Origin: Octopus sinensis
Taxonomy: Eukaryota
Length of the DNA stretch: 64,000 nt
Direction: 5' to 3'
NCBI RefSeq assembly: GCF_006345805.1
Contig: NC_043002.1
Location: 108,748,001-108,812,000, forward strand
Position numbers and translations under genes: made by a program. The stretch's first letter is position 1. Every line of letters starts with the position of its first letter. Below are positions 23,611 through 37,132 of the stretch, in pieces. Below the pieces are notes generated by a model, which had not been told where the DNA came from, did not search any database, and was given only the letters and a program-made list of their open reading frames with translations.

Positions 23611-25507
23611 TAATAATAATAATAAATGTTCTACAGCAATACCAGGCAGTGACTCTCATGGTTTCTGATCTTAACTGATCGGAAGTGTTATCATGTACAT
23701 TGTTTTGTCTTGGTATAAAAGATGGGCTACAGCAAATATTCTGCTCAATACCACAGATTTGCTTGTCAATTGCTTGGCCTTAACCAGTTGAGCATGTCCC
23801 TTAGTGGACCTCTAATTACAATATGTGCATCTCTAATCACAAGCAGGAGTAATGGGGGAGCATCATAGCCATGTGCTGAAAGGGATTCTTTGGGGTTTGA
23901 ATAATTCACCTCTGGAAACATGGGTGTTTCATTCATCATACTTAAATAACTCTTATTCAGGGACCTTTTGAGCAGGATGGTTGAGTCGACCTGAAAAAAA
24001 ATCTGACTGGGCCCCCACCTGCAAGGTTATGAGCTGTTTATCTTGATATGGTTGTGATGCATGTACCTGGTGTATCCTTATCTGATGGCTAGGCATGATG
24101 GGTATATTGGATTTCATATATTTGTACCCCAGCATCACTTTGATGGCATGTGCAGCTCTTCCACTCAATAATAATAATAATCCTTTCTATTCAAGGCCTG
24201 AAATTTTGAGGGAGGGAGGAATAGACGATTACATTGTCCCCAGTACTCAACTGGTACTTATTTTATCGACCCCAAAATGATGAAAGGCAAAATAGGCCAC
24301 AGTGGAATTTGATAATGGTAATAATAACAATCCTTTCTAATTTTAGCACAAGGCCAAGAATTTAGAGTGAAGGTGAAGAGGTAAATTGATTACATCAACC
24401 CCAGTGCTTGATGGATACTTTATTTTATTGACCCTGGTGGGATTTGAACTCAGAATGTAAAGAGTTGGAAGAAATATCACTAAGCATTTTGTCACACACG
24501 CTAATGATTCTGCCAGCTTACACACCTTTACTTTCAAATTTTGATACAAGACCAGCAATTTTGAGAAGGTTCAAAAGCCATCAACCCCAGTACTTGATCG
24601 GTACTTTATTGTATTGACACAGAGGGATGAAAGATAAAGTTAATTTTGGCAGGATTTGAACTCAGAATGTAAAAAGCTGGAAGAAATACCATTTTGTCCA
24701 ACACTCTAATGATTCTACCATTTAACCACCCTAATACTACCCATTTCAAATTCTGACAAGGCCAGCAGTTTTAGGGGAAGTGGTAAGTTGATTATATCGA
24801 TTCCCAGTGCTCAACTGGTACTTATTTTATTGGCCCTGGAGGGATGAAAGGTAAATCAACCTCAGCAGAATTTGATCTCAGAATATCAAGAGCCACAAGA
24901 AATGCTGCTCATAATTCTGCCCAGCTCACCACCTCAAAAACAGTAACAACAATATTATGTAGTAGTTGTATTCACTAGCGTAGCTAGACAAAGCGGTAGG
25001 GGTGGTCTGCCCCAGGCGGCACTTTTAATGGGGTGACACTTTTGTGTCTGCTGTAGGCAATGTGTGTTTTTTGTGGGGTCCGGAGGCAGCAAAGGGAAAG
25101 TCTGCCCTGGGCGGCACACAGTCTAGTTGTATTCTAAGGATATGAGTGAAATTAAACAAAATCCTAAGAAAGAAATATTATAAGAAACTGACATCTTAGT
25201 ATTTATATATGGAATAAAGGAAAAGTTTAGGTCTGGGACTAAGAGCATCAAAACACATCAAAGCCATTTTGGTAGCGCTTAAAAATCTAAAAGCTAAGAA
25301 ATATTCTAACAGAAATTTTCTGTGCAACAACCATATTTATTATGAGCAAAATTGGGTATTTATTGGAAAAGCACAAGAGCAGGAGAGGTTCTATAGAACT
25401 AAAGACGGGGAGAAGAAAATGAGGGGAAATATTTAGAATGAGAAATAAAACGTTTCCTTGTTTTTTGTGAAAGAGAAGCAGAAAGTGAAAAGAAAACCAA
25501 GGTGAAA

Positions 25508-25913
25508 TCTTTATATATAAAAGTAAGGTTGTGTCTGTCTCCTACGATTTAGATTCCTAACTACTCCCACATTTTGCAGTGCAGTTTAACCAATTTAACC
25601 AGTTTAACGGGTATCTTATAGTCGTGATTCATATCGAGCCCTTCTGGGTATTAGCACGCGTCTACGATGAGTCTATGATTTAAAAAAAAATTTACCATCA
25701 TTTTTTTCCATTTTAATGCATTTTTTCGCTATTATATAAGGGAAGTAACTCTATAAAAATGTCTACGATGAGTCAACGATTTAAAAAAAAATTTACAATA
25801 ATTTTTTTTCCATTTTTAATGCATTTTTTTGCTATTTTTTGGCTATAACTCTCTAAAAATGCTTTATAGTTATTTCCCTTACAAACCCGAGCAACGCCGG
25901 GTGATACTGCTAG
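25508..25913 (+). mobile_element. Non-autonomous Helitron
   Basis: A|TC 5' end (tctttatatataaaag), subterminal hairpin cccgagcaacgccggg, 3' CTAG|T. Confidence 0.85.
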
Positions 25914-26686
25914 TTCTAGATAAAACAAATATGTAACAGCTCTAAGAAAAAGTCTTCAGTAAGAGATTCCAACAGAGAAAAATAGAAAATGCCAATATAT
26001 CTCAGCACAACAAGCTATAATACTTGTAACGTAAAATAATATTTTGAAGATCTATCCAATAGTCAATAATCACAACTGATAGACAAACCATTTAAGATTT
26101 TTAGGATAAAATATGAGATGATAAAAATAATATCAAGAGTGAGCTAAAGAAAGCAATGTAAAATCAATACCACAAAAAAAGAGAAACACAGTAAGAAGTA
26201 AAGCTGAATATTGATAAACACAAATCCTACCAACACAAAAATCTAGTTGTACCTGGAAGGTATGAGCTGACTGGAGTGTTTGTTGTTTGTAGGAAGATAA
26301 AATATTAAACTTTGAACTGAAGTAATTTAAAAGTGCACAGGAAACACTAGAAGACTGTTGGATATTATTCTTAACATAACAGAACTAACAACAGACAGGT
26401 TCACAAAGACTAAGCTAAATTTAATAGCTAAACCTAAGAAGAGCAGGTAACCTTATCCGGTATCTATCAACTGTTATTGGTGTCATTAATCACAGGCAGC
26501 GCAAACAGAGTAATATCTTAGCAGAGGTAAAAGTGTAAGGGAAGCAGAAATGGTTGGAGGAGAAAACTGTTTGAAGATAGCAGCAATAGGAAAAAATTGT
26601 TTTAACTCTTTTGTTACCAACCTGGCTGAGATTACACCCTGGTTCTAGGATGTGATCTGAATTAAAACCATCCATTTAAAATTTCA

Positions 26687-27070
26687 TACTCTTTACTCTT
26701 TTACTTGTTTCAGTCATTTGACTGTGGCCTTTAGTCGAGCAAATCTACCCCGGGACTTATTCTTTGTAAGCCCAGCACTTATTCTATCGGTCTCTTTTGC
26801 TGAACCACTAAGTGACGGGAACGTAAACACACCAGCATCGGTTGTCAAGCAATGCTAGGGGGACAAACACAGACACACAAACACACACACGCATATATAT
26901 ATATATATATACGACAGGCTTCTTTCAGTTTCCGTCCACCAAATCCACTCACAAGACTTTGGTCGGCCCGAGGCTATAGCAGAAGACACTTGTCCAAGAT
27001 GCCACGCAGTGGGACTGAACCCGGAACCATGTGGTTGGTTAGCAAGCTACTTACCACACAGCCACTCCTG
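26687..27070 (-). mobile_element. Same SINE family
   Basis: Head and tail motifs present. Confidence 0.85.
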
Positions 27071-28120
27071 CCAACAGGTCACATATCTTAAGAATTCTTC
27101 CATTCACCCATTACTATTCTCCAGTATTAACATCAGAAACCGCTCTTGTGATTAAATACTTTGATATCTTAGTTTCATGTTAATTTATGTTCCAAACACA
27201 AGCTTAATAAATGTTATTTTATTAATTATTGTTTCTCATTCACTTGCTTCAGTTATTTTGACTGTGGCCATGCTGGAGCACTGCCATTTAATCTATACCA
27301 TACTTGTGTGTCATCATTTTAATGCCCACTTTTACATGCTTGGATTGATCAGAGTTTACTGAGGCAGATTTTCTATGACTAGATGCCCTTCCTGTCACAA
27401 ACCCTCATCTGTTTCCAAATAAATAATAATTTCTCATGGCCAAACAGGTTTTCATATAATATTGGTTTCAAATTTTGGCACAAGGCCAGCAATTTAGTGG
27501 GGGAGGGGGTAAGTTAATTACATTAACCCCCCATGTTCAACTGGTATTTATTTTATCGACCTAGAAAGGATAAAAGGTAAAGTCAACCTTGACGGAATTT
27601 GAACTCAGAACGTAAAGACAGCTGAAGTGCTGCTAAGCATTTTGTCTAGCAAGCGAAAGATTGTATCAGCTCACTGCTTTTTGTTTTCACAAAAAATAGA
27701 AAATATGAATGACACTCATTCACAACATTTCACAATGTCAAGATACGGAGAGATACACACACACACACACACACACACAAAACAGGTTTCTTTCAGTTTC
27801 TGTCAACAAAATCAACTCACAAGGCTTTGGTCGGCCTTGGGCTATAATAGAAGACCCTTTTGTCCAAGGTTCCATGCTGTAGGACTGAACCTGAGACCAT
27901 AGGGTTGGGAAGCAAACTTCTCAACCACACAATGATACTTATGTCACACTCATGGGAATCTGTCAGTCTAATCCCTAGGTTCTCAAAGTGGGTGCACCCT
28001 GCTGAGCATCAAGAGGGACCTGGTGGGCACTGGTGTCTAAGGGGGTAGTAGAGGGAAAGGAGGCATTGGGAGGAAGACAGTGGATTGAGGGACGCTATGA
28101 ATTTATTATAATATTATTAT

Positions 28121-28290
28121 AGGTGCAGGAGTGGCTGTGTAGTAAGTAGCTTGCTTGCCAACCACATGGCTCCAGGTTCAGTCCCACTGCATGGCATCTT
28201 GGGCAAGTGTCTTCTACTATAGCCTCGGGCCAACCAAAGCCTTGTGAGTGGATTTGGTAGACAGAAACTGAAAGAAGGTCGTTGTATATA

Positions 28291-28361
<71 letters not shown>

Positions 28362-28575
28362 TGTGTGTGTGCATATGTTTGTGTGTTTGTCCCCACTAAC
28401 ATCACTTGACAACCGATGGTGGTGTGTATACGCCCCTGTAACTTAGCGGTTCGGCAAAAGAGACTGATAGAATAAGTAACAGGCTTCCAAAGAATAAGTC
28501 CTGGGGACGAATTGCTCAACTAAAGGCGGTGCTCCAGCATGGCTGCAGTCAAATGACTGAAACAAGTAAAAGAGT
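28121..28575 (+). mobile_element. Same SINE family
   Basis: Head and tail motifs present. Confidence 0.85.
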
Positions 28576-30596
28576 ATTGTATACAAGTTATATAATATTA
28601 TATTAAATATCAAATAGAGGTAGGTGGGCTGAATGTATCACGTGGCTATGAGGGGGCTGGTGACCCAAAAAGTTTCAGAACCTCTAGTCTTATCCAAGAG
28701 ACTTCAAAATTTTACCACTTTACACACTAGTACTTTTTACCCCTATTCATATTTATAAAAGTATTCTGCTCCACTCAGCGTCTAATGAGAGCAAACATTC
28801 CTAAATGCCAGAGTAACAAGATAAATAGTCTTCTCTTATATAAAGAAATATCATAATTTGTCTGTTAATTCCCTCTCATCCATCAATATTCAGTGCCCTC
28901 ATTTCTTCAGGACAAAGAAATACTGAAAAAAAACATTTTAAAAATCCATATTGACAGATTCTATCTTGCCAGTAGCCTTATTGACTTCAATTGATTCTTG
29001 ACTGGAGATGAGATGGTAATTCCATAACTAAGTCAGACATTCCAGTTTTGTTCAAAGGCTTTCATTGTAGATGACAAGACTTTGGTTCTTTTACATCAAG
29101 AATTTTAAATCATAAAGGCCAGGACAAGAATGCCAACAGGTCACATATCTTAAGAATTCTTCCATTCACCCATTACTATTCTCCAGTATTAGCATCAGAA
29201 ACTGCTCTTGTGATTAAATACTTTGATATCTTAGTTTCTTTTCATATTTCTCAAGCTTGTTTCCATTATTCTGTTGATTCACAACCACTACAATCTATCA
29301 TCATCATCATTGTCATTATTATTATTATTATTATTGAGTGAGAGAGCAGTGCATGCCATCAAAGTGACACAGGGGTAAAATATACGAAGCCCAGTATACC
29401 CATCATGACTACCCGTCTGATAAGGGTACACCAGGCACATGCATCACAACCATAGGTGCGCAACATGGTGATCTCATATCAAGATAAACAGCGCATGACC
29501 TAGCAGGTGGAGCCCAGTTAGAATTTTCTTCTGGTCAAGTAACCCATCCTGCTCAAAAAGGTCCCTGAATAAGGGTTGCTTAAGGATGTTGAACAAAACA
29601 CCCATGTTTCCACAGGTGAATTATTCAAACCCCAAAGAATCCCTTTCAACATATGGCCATGATGCTCCCCAATTATTATTATTATACTATTATTATTATT
29701 ATTTTTATTATCATTATTCAATGAATCAACAGGGTTATCAGTGGGTTGCAATATTGATTCCAGATCACTAAGTTCAAATTCTACTGAGGTTATATTTTTC
29801 TTACATCCTCCTGGGACTAATAAAACAAAACATCAGTCAAGTTCTAGGATTGATCTCATCGATTAATATTCTCTCTCCAAATTCATTAATATCATTGTTA
29901 TTGGTACAGATGTGGCTGTATGGTTGACGAGTTGGCTTCACAACCACAAGGCTATGGGTTCAGTCTCATTGCATGTGACCTTGAGCAAGTGTTTTCTACT
30001 ATAGCCCCAGCTAACAAAGCCTGGTAAAATGATTTGGTAGACAGAAACTGAAGAAGCCCATCACGTGCGTGCGTGTTGGCAGAGTCGTTAGCACGCCGGG
30101 TGAAATGCGTAGCTGTATTTCGTTTGCCGTTACGTTATGAGTTCAAATTCCGCCGAGGTCGACTTTGCCTTTCATCCTTTCGGGGTCAATAAATTAAGTA
30201 CCAGTTACCCACTGGGGTCGATGTAATCGACTTGATCTGTCTGTCTGTCCTTGTTTGTCCCCTCTGTGTTTAGCCCCTTATGGGTAGTAAAGAAATAGGT
30301 ATTTCCTTGTCTTTACTTTATATGATAGTTGTAAATAACACACAAATCATGTCCATTTCTAATTTCCAGTGGAAACATGTCTGGCCATAAAGAAATGTTT
30401 TCCTTATTTAGAAACAGGTGGTGGCTGGTGAGAGGAAGGGCATCAAGCCATGCAAGATCCATCCAACCCATGCAAGCATCAAAAAGTGGACAATGAAATG
30501 ATGATGATGATGGTGATAGTGGTGTTGTTACTGTTGCTATCAATAAAGGTGTGATATATATTATCATGGTCACTGGACATCCCTTTTTTTTTGTTC

Positions 30597-30745
30597 AGGG
30601 CATAAGGACAGACCCAGGACGTAGGATGAAGTGGTGAACAATGACCTCATGATGTTGAGCCTCATAGAAAAGATAACAAAGGACCAGGAAGTTTAGTGAT
30701 ATGAGGTTCTTGAGAAGACCCACTCACTTAAGCAAAACTGAGCTC
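30597..30745 (+). mobile_element. RTE ORF2 C-terminal fragment
   Basis: DRPRT*DEVVNNDLMMLSLIEKITKDQEV...VLEKTH. Confidence 0.65.
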
Positions 30746-32007
30746 TGGAAATACTTTGTGTGTGTGTGTGTGTGTGTATATATATCATCATCATCATCAT
30801 CATCATTTAGCGTCTGCTTTCCATGCTAGCATGGGTTGGACGGTTCAACTGGGGTCTGTGAAGCCAGAAGGCTGCATCAGGCCCAGTCTGATCTAGCAGT
30901 GTTTCTACGGCTGGATGCCCTTCCTAACGCCAACCACTCCGCGTGTGTAGTGGGTGCTTTTTACATGCCACCCGCACAGGTGCCAGACGGAGCTGGCAAA
31001 CGGCCATGAACGGATGGTGCTTTTACATGCCACCGGCACGGGGGCCAGGCCAGGCTGGCAATGGACATGAACGGATATATATATATGCCCAAACGGATAC
31101 TGCACCTTACCTCTTCCCCCTCCACATATCATCACCCCCCTCCATCCATCATCTCTATCCCCACAGCTCTCCCTAGATACCACTTTATTTTTCCTGCTAT
31201 TGGTACCATTCCACTTGTTAGCCATTCTTCATTCACTAATATTGTTCTCTCCACTATCACATTACATTGTGTCACACACAGGGAGTCAAATTATCTCCAT
31301 CATGCACAACACCCCCCCCATCTCTCTTTCTCTCTCCCCCCCCCCCACTCCTGCAGTCTACCCAACCACGTCATCTCTCTTATCCTCTCCGTCTCCTTGT
31401 AACCGTATCTTCATTACTATCCTGCTGTTCCCCCCCACCACACCTCCCTCTCCTGCATTCCACTATCTTCCCAAATTCCTGATTCATTGGTCATCCACTT
31501 TTCAAATCAATCCAGCCTTTATAGTTGTTTCCTGCCTCCTCATCTGTCATCTTCTGCTCCCCGTACAATCTTGCAAACCCACTTCAGCTCACCTCATGCC
31601 TTGAGGGGGGCAACCTGGAACCCTCATCTTCACTATTCACCTCTTTGCAGCTCTTACTCCTTATTTTCTCTTCCAAATGCAAGTAACCATCCAGGTCCTC
31701 TACACGAACCTGCTCTGAGCCTAACAACTTCTCTCATACTTTTATCCCTCATCCCCTACCATAAACCTGACCCCTTCATTTGGGGGCTAATAGTCTTGCA
31801 AGCTGCATGTGCTGATGGCACAAACAAAGCACCCGGTGCACTCTTTAAAGGGGTTAGCATTAGGAAGGACAATTGCCCATAGAAAGCATGCCAAAGCTGA
31901 CACTGGAGCACAATGCAGTCTTTGAACCAACTAGATTTTGTCAAATCGTTCAGCCTATGCCAGCATGGCAGAGAGAGAAAGAGAGAGAGACGAGGGGAGA
32001 AACTGAG

Positions 32008-32038
<31 letters not shown>

Positions 32039-33426
32039 AAGAGACCTTATTGCTAAGTTTCTGAAAGCTCCAAAGGGCATCACTCCCTGCAGTCTTCTTA
32101 ATGATATCTTGGGACTTTCATTCACCACTCCAAAAACTCAGTGGACCTACTTGATGCTGACTAGTGCAAGGTTAACCCAGAGCCAGCAGACCTATGGTCA
32201 AAAGGTGTTCTAGCCATGACCATCACACGTTTTGTATATCTATGAGTGTATTGACCATTGTGTCGTTTCTTTTTTAAGTCAGTGATATGCTTGGGTGGTG
32301 GCATGGTTGAAAAATTTGCATGTCAACCACATGGTTTTGGATTCACTCCCACTGTGCAACACCTTGGGCAAGTATCTTCTATAGTCCCAGGCCAGCCAAA
32401 GCCTTGTGAGTGGATTTGTAGATCTTAACTGAAAGAAGCTCATTGTGTGTGTGTGTGTGTGTCTTCTCGTCTTGGCATCGCACAATTGTTGTGAGTGAAT
32501 GTCATTCATTTTATCCGGGCACAAAAAAGCTGCCTCGATAAACACCATACAACCCAAGCAAACATGGAAAAGCGGACATTAAATGATGATGATGATGGTC
32601 ATGGTCATGGTCTGGCAATCTGGTAACATTGAAGGAAAGTAAGTGCCGTATCACATCTGCACTCGTTACAAGCAACACTCCAAGAATTCCCAACATTACA
32701 CACCAGAAATTGTTTCAAATAAAAACCACATAAATCAGCCAAAACCCTAACATGGGTTACAGTCTACTACTCTTCAGACATAATGGAAACACAAAAATAT
32801 AATTAGTGCCAAAATAATGTACCTGAGCCATATTCTAATGCATTAGAAGCAACAGACCAAGTAGAAAAGAGTCTGCATAGCAGCTGTGAAGCAATTAGGA
32901 AACATGACACTAGAACAACGGAATACAATGATGCTGATCAAATCCAATATGGTAACATGAAGAATCAGCTAAATAAATAATATTATAATATTACACTGAT
33001 ATTGAGGAACAATTGCCAAGCCAAAAACAAAAAGGAAAACTCCAGTTATTATTAACACTTTGGTTTTACTTCACATGGCTACAGCCTCAAATTAATCTTA
33101 TAAATAAATAATGTGAATGCGGAGGTTTATTTCCATTAACCACTTATTAAACGCCCACAGCTGGAATTTTATCGCAAAATCTAACTTACCATCAGGCTTT
33201 ACAAAATATACAAATGATTAGCTTTTGTTTAAACCTTTTTATACCAAACCACTTGAGATTGTCTCCAGCTCAATAATATAAAACTTATTTTTAAATGTGT
33301 TTCTGTTTTAATTAAAACCTATTACAGTTTTATATAAGAACTTTTTTATATTAGGGGGGAAAAGAATATTTTTAAGTAATTCTTCCAAATTTTTCTTTAT
33401 TTGTTAAATGAATTTGAAAAAGAAAG

Positions 33427-33844
33427 GCAGGAGTGGCTGTGTGGTAAGTAGCTTGTTTACCAACCACATGCTTCCGGGTTCAGTCCCACTGCGTGGCACC
33501 TTGGGCAAGTGTCTTCTACTATAGCCTCGGGCCGACCAAAGCCTTGTGAGTGGATTTGGTAGACGGAAACTGAAAGAAGCCCGTCGTATATATGTATATA
33601 TATATATATGTATGTGCATGTATATTTGTGTGTCTGTGTTTGTCCCCCTAGCATTGCTTGACAACCGATGCTGGTGTGTTTATGTCCCCGTAACTTAGCA
33701 GTTCAGCAAAAGAGACCGATAGAATAAGTACTGGGCTTACAAAGAATAAGTCCCGGGGTTGAGTTGCTCGATTAAAGGCGGTGCTCCAGCATGGCCGCAG
33801 TCAATATGACTGAAACAAGTAAAAAAAAAAAAAAAAAAAAAAAA
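33427..33844 (+). mobile_element. Same SINE family, poly(A) tail
   Basis: Head and body motifs, ends in an A-run. Confidence 0.85.
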
Positions 33845-33862
33845 TGACACACACACAATATA

Positions 33863-34050
33863 TATATTGTGAAATAATATCAGAAAAATATATACATGTG
33901 TAGAATAATTATTGTATTAAAAATATAAATATATATATATGAAAATATATGTAAATATGTATAAGTATATTTATATTTCTAATACAATAATCATTCTACA
34001 CATGTATACATCTTTCTGAAAAATTTTTTCTGATATTATTTCACAATATA
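33863..34050. repeat. AT-rich imperfect palindrome
   Basis: tatattgtgaaataatatcagaaaaa ... ttttttctgatattatttcacaatata. Confidence 0.55.
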
Positions 34051-34190
34051 TTATATATAATTGCTCATATTAATAGTATAAATACTTTAATAGTATTAAT
34101 ACTTTGATATGATAAAGCACACACTGTAAATTCAGTATATAATATTCTCATTGAATATATTTAGCTAAAGATATATATATATATATATAT

Positions 34191-34425
34191 ACCGGAGTAA
34201 ACACATAAATGTGAAACAAGGTAGAAAAAAGAGTACTCAAATACCAGAGGTAGAGTAATATGCTTTATTTAAAAGCAGTAGAAATATAACAGAAGCTGTT
34301 ACTCGGAGTTTCACGTTCCCGTTCATCGGACAGTTCTATTTTAACAAAACTGTCCAATGAACGGGAACGTGAAACTCCGAGTAGCAGCTTTTGTTATATT
34401 TCTGCTGCATTTAAATAAAGTATAT
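34191..34425. mobile_element. Partially palindromic element next to (TA)n with 78-bp inverted arms
   Basis: Arms 34258-34335 and 34348-34425, unique left extension, flanked by TA/CA microsatellite. Confidence 0.65.
34296..34333 (-). ncRNA. Minimal type I hammerhead-like motif (CCGAUGA core, GUA cleavage triplet)
   Basis: Minus strand reads CUGU-CCGAUGA-ACG(GGAA)CGU-GAA-ACUCCGAGU-A-ACAG. All three stems pair. The inverted copy at 34350-34387 (+) carries G5A. Confidence 0.72.
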
Positions 34426-34489
34426 ACATACATACATGCATGTATGTATGTATGTATGTGTGTGTGTATGTGTGTATGTGTGTGTGTGT

Positions 34490-34520
<31 letters not shown>

Positions 34521-34569
34521 CGTGTGTGCGCGCATGTATATATATATGCTTGTACAATAAAGGGTAAAT

Positions 34570-35060
34570 GTGTTGAGAGGAAAATTGTGTAGCATACAAG
34601 AGAGAAGCCAGTGCTGGTATGGTCATGTGATGCATACGGATAAAGACAGCTGAGTAAATAAGTGCCAATCTTAAGTGTGGAGGGCACCTGTGGAAGAGGA
34701 AGGTCCAGGAAGAGGTGTGACAAAGTAGAAGGAAATGATCTTCAGGCATTGAGCCTCACAAAGATAATCACAAAGGACCAGGAGCATTGGCAATTTGCTG
34801 TGCTTCAAAAGATCCACCCAGCTAAGTAAAATTGAACCCACAGAGGCATCTCACTTACGTCCATGCCCCTGCACACAATCCGTCCCTCACAAACCTCTCC
34901 ACAACAACCCATCTTCCTAACACCTCTCCTCCCCCCACCCCCACCCAAGATCACCACTCACTGTAGTTACCTCCTCTCATTCTTCCTTCACACCCATGTG
35001 ACCGTACCCACTCACAATATGTCCCTGTTGATTCTCTTCCTCTACAGCATATCTTTCTAA
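34570..35060 (+). mobile_element. RTE LINE ORF2 C-terminus and probable pyrimidine-rich 3' UTR
   Basis: IQERSQCWYGHVMH...VEGTCGRGRSRK...DLQALSLT...KDQEHWQFAVLQKIH, typical of the RTE RLRWFGHV/GRPRK end. Confidence 0.75.
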
Positions 35061-35264
35061 CACCCACCTCCTTCTATTTGTGTCCGCTCACTACATTCCA
35101 CCCCCCCCCCCCCTCCATCTCCCACTCTTTTTGCAATCCAAGATCCCCTCAACCAAGGAGGGAAATAGTATTGAGGGAGGTGGCTTTGTACAAAGTGACG
35201 AGAGGTGAGAGTATGAACAGGGGGACAGAAAATTGGGAGAGCTGGGCGGTGGGAGAGCTGGCTG

Positions 35265-35344
35265 GTGAGAGAGGTGGCCGGTGAGAGAGGTGGCCGGTGG
35301 GAGAGGTGGCCGGTGAGAGAGGTGGCCAGTGAGAGAGGTGGCCA
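35265..35344. repeat. 16-bp G-rich tandem repeat x5
   Basis: gtgagagaggtggccg units. Confidence 0.85.
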
Positions 35345-35719
35345 GGTTCCAATTGTCTCATTTGGCACGCTTTCTATGGCCAGACGCCCTTCTTAATGCC
35401 AACCACTTCACAAAGTGTACTGGGTGCTCTTTATGTGGAACTGGCACAGCCACTTTTACATGGTCCCGGCACAAGCGCTTTACATGGGTGCTATGCACAT
35501 GATGGGCTTCATTCAGTTTCTATCTACCAAATCCACCTACAGAGATTTATTTAGCCCATGGTTATAGTAGAAAGCACTTGCCCAATGTAGCAACCTGAAA
35601 GGCTATGTGACAGGGCAGTAAACTTCTTAACCACACAGCCATGCCCTGGAGACCTCTGCAGAGTTCTTCATTAGATATTATTTTTCAGGGAAAGAAATAT
35701 TTTTAAATATTTTCCACAT

Positions 35720-36118
35720 AGGTGCAGGAGTGGCTGTGTGGTAAGTAGCTTGTTTACCGACCACATGGTTCCGGGTTCAGTCCCACTGCATGGCACCTTG
35801 GGCAAGTGTCTTCTACTATAGCCTCGGGCCGACCAAAGCCTTGTGAGTGGATTTAGTAGACGGAAACTGAAAGAAGCCCATCGTATATATGTATATATAT
35901 GTATATGCGTGTATATTTGTGTGTCTGTGTTTGTCCCCCTAGCATTGCTTGACAACCGATGCTGGTGTGCTTATGTCCCCGTTACTTGGCGGTTCGGCAA
36001 AAGAGACCAATAGAATAAGTACTGGGCTTACAAAAGAATAAGTCCTGGGGTCAAGCTGCTCGATTAAAGGCAGTGCTCCAGCATGGCCACAGTCAAATGA
36101 CTAAAACAAGTAAAAGAG
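35720..36118 (+). mobile_element. Same SINE family
   Basis: Head and tail motifs present. Confidence 0.85.
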
Positions 36119-36564
36119 AGATATAAAGACTTGGACACAGAAACAGAAAAGGTATTAGACTTTGAATCCCAAACTGCTTCCTCTAAAACCAAACACTGTC
36201 TAGACACAGAAGCCAACAACTGAATGGGAGGAAATTGTTTAATGTGCTAGAAACGGCAACTAAATCTTCATCAAATCACATTCAACTGTCTTGAAAATGG
36301 AGGAACTCATTGGATTAGTTAGTTTGTAATATAAAAATATGGTTTGATGATGGGCGGAAACCTTTTAACCATCTTTCTGATCAATCAGGATTGATTTGGG
36401 GCTAAATACCAACCACAGTAACAAATGATAGTCGTTAACAAAGCCAGTATCTGTTTGAAAGACACAGTACAGCATCATCATCATCATCATCCTTTAACGT
36501 CTGTTTTCCATGCTGGCATGGGTTGGACAGTTTGAGAGAAGTTGGCAAGGCAGAAGCTCCATGA

Positions 36565-37075
36565 GGTGTACCCAGTACAAGCTACAGACACACAAGTGGT
36601 GCAGCAGTATCAGAGGAAGGTTAACAGAGAAATTAGTCTTTGTGTGGGGTAGGTTTGTAAAACAGGATATAGACTTCATTAAATGCCCAGCAGGATACTT
36701 GATAGTTACCTAGGTGACCAAGTCAGCAGTAGAAGAAGGTGCTCTAGGAGCATAGCTGCTAGAATATGAATGGGTTGGGTAAAGTCAAAGAGCTTCTACC
36801 ATTGTTAGAAACAAAAGGCCTCTCTCTCAGAGTGAAAGGTAGATTGTATAATGAAAGGCACCTGTGCTGGTGACACATAAAAGGTATCCACCCAGTGGCA
36901 TGCAATAGGCACACAGTACTCAATGTGGAGTGGTTGGCATTAGGAAGGTCATCTAGCCGTGGTAACTAGACCAAAACAGACAACTGGAGCCTGGTGCAGC
37001 TCTCTGGCTTACCAGCTCCAGTCAAACTGTCTAACCCATGCTAGCATGGTAAATGGCTGCTAAACAATGATGACA
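36565..37075 (+). mobile_element. Internally deleted RTE LINE (ORF2 piece joined to 3' tail)
   Basis: CTQYKLQTHKWCSSIRGRLTEK...LGDQVSS...ELLPLLETKGLSLRVKGRLY, then a tail ending ...ctaaacaatgatgac. This links the short (GAT)n-tailed repeats to RTE 3' ends. Confidence 0.75.
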
Positions 37076-37132
37076 ATGATAATACACACATTTGTATGTG
37101 CATATTATATATATATATATATATATATATAC

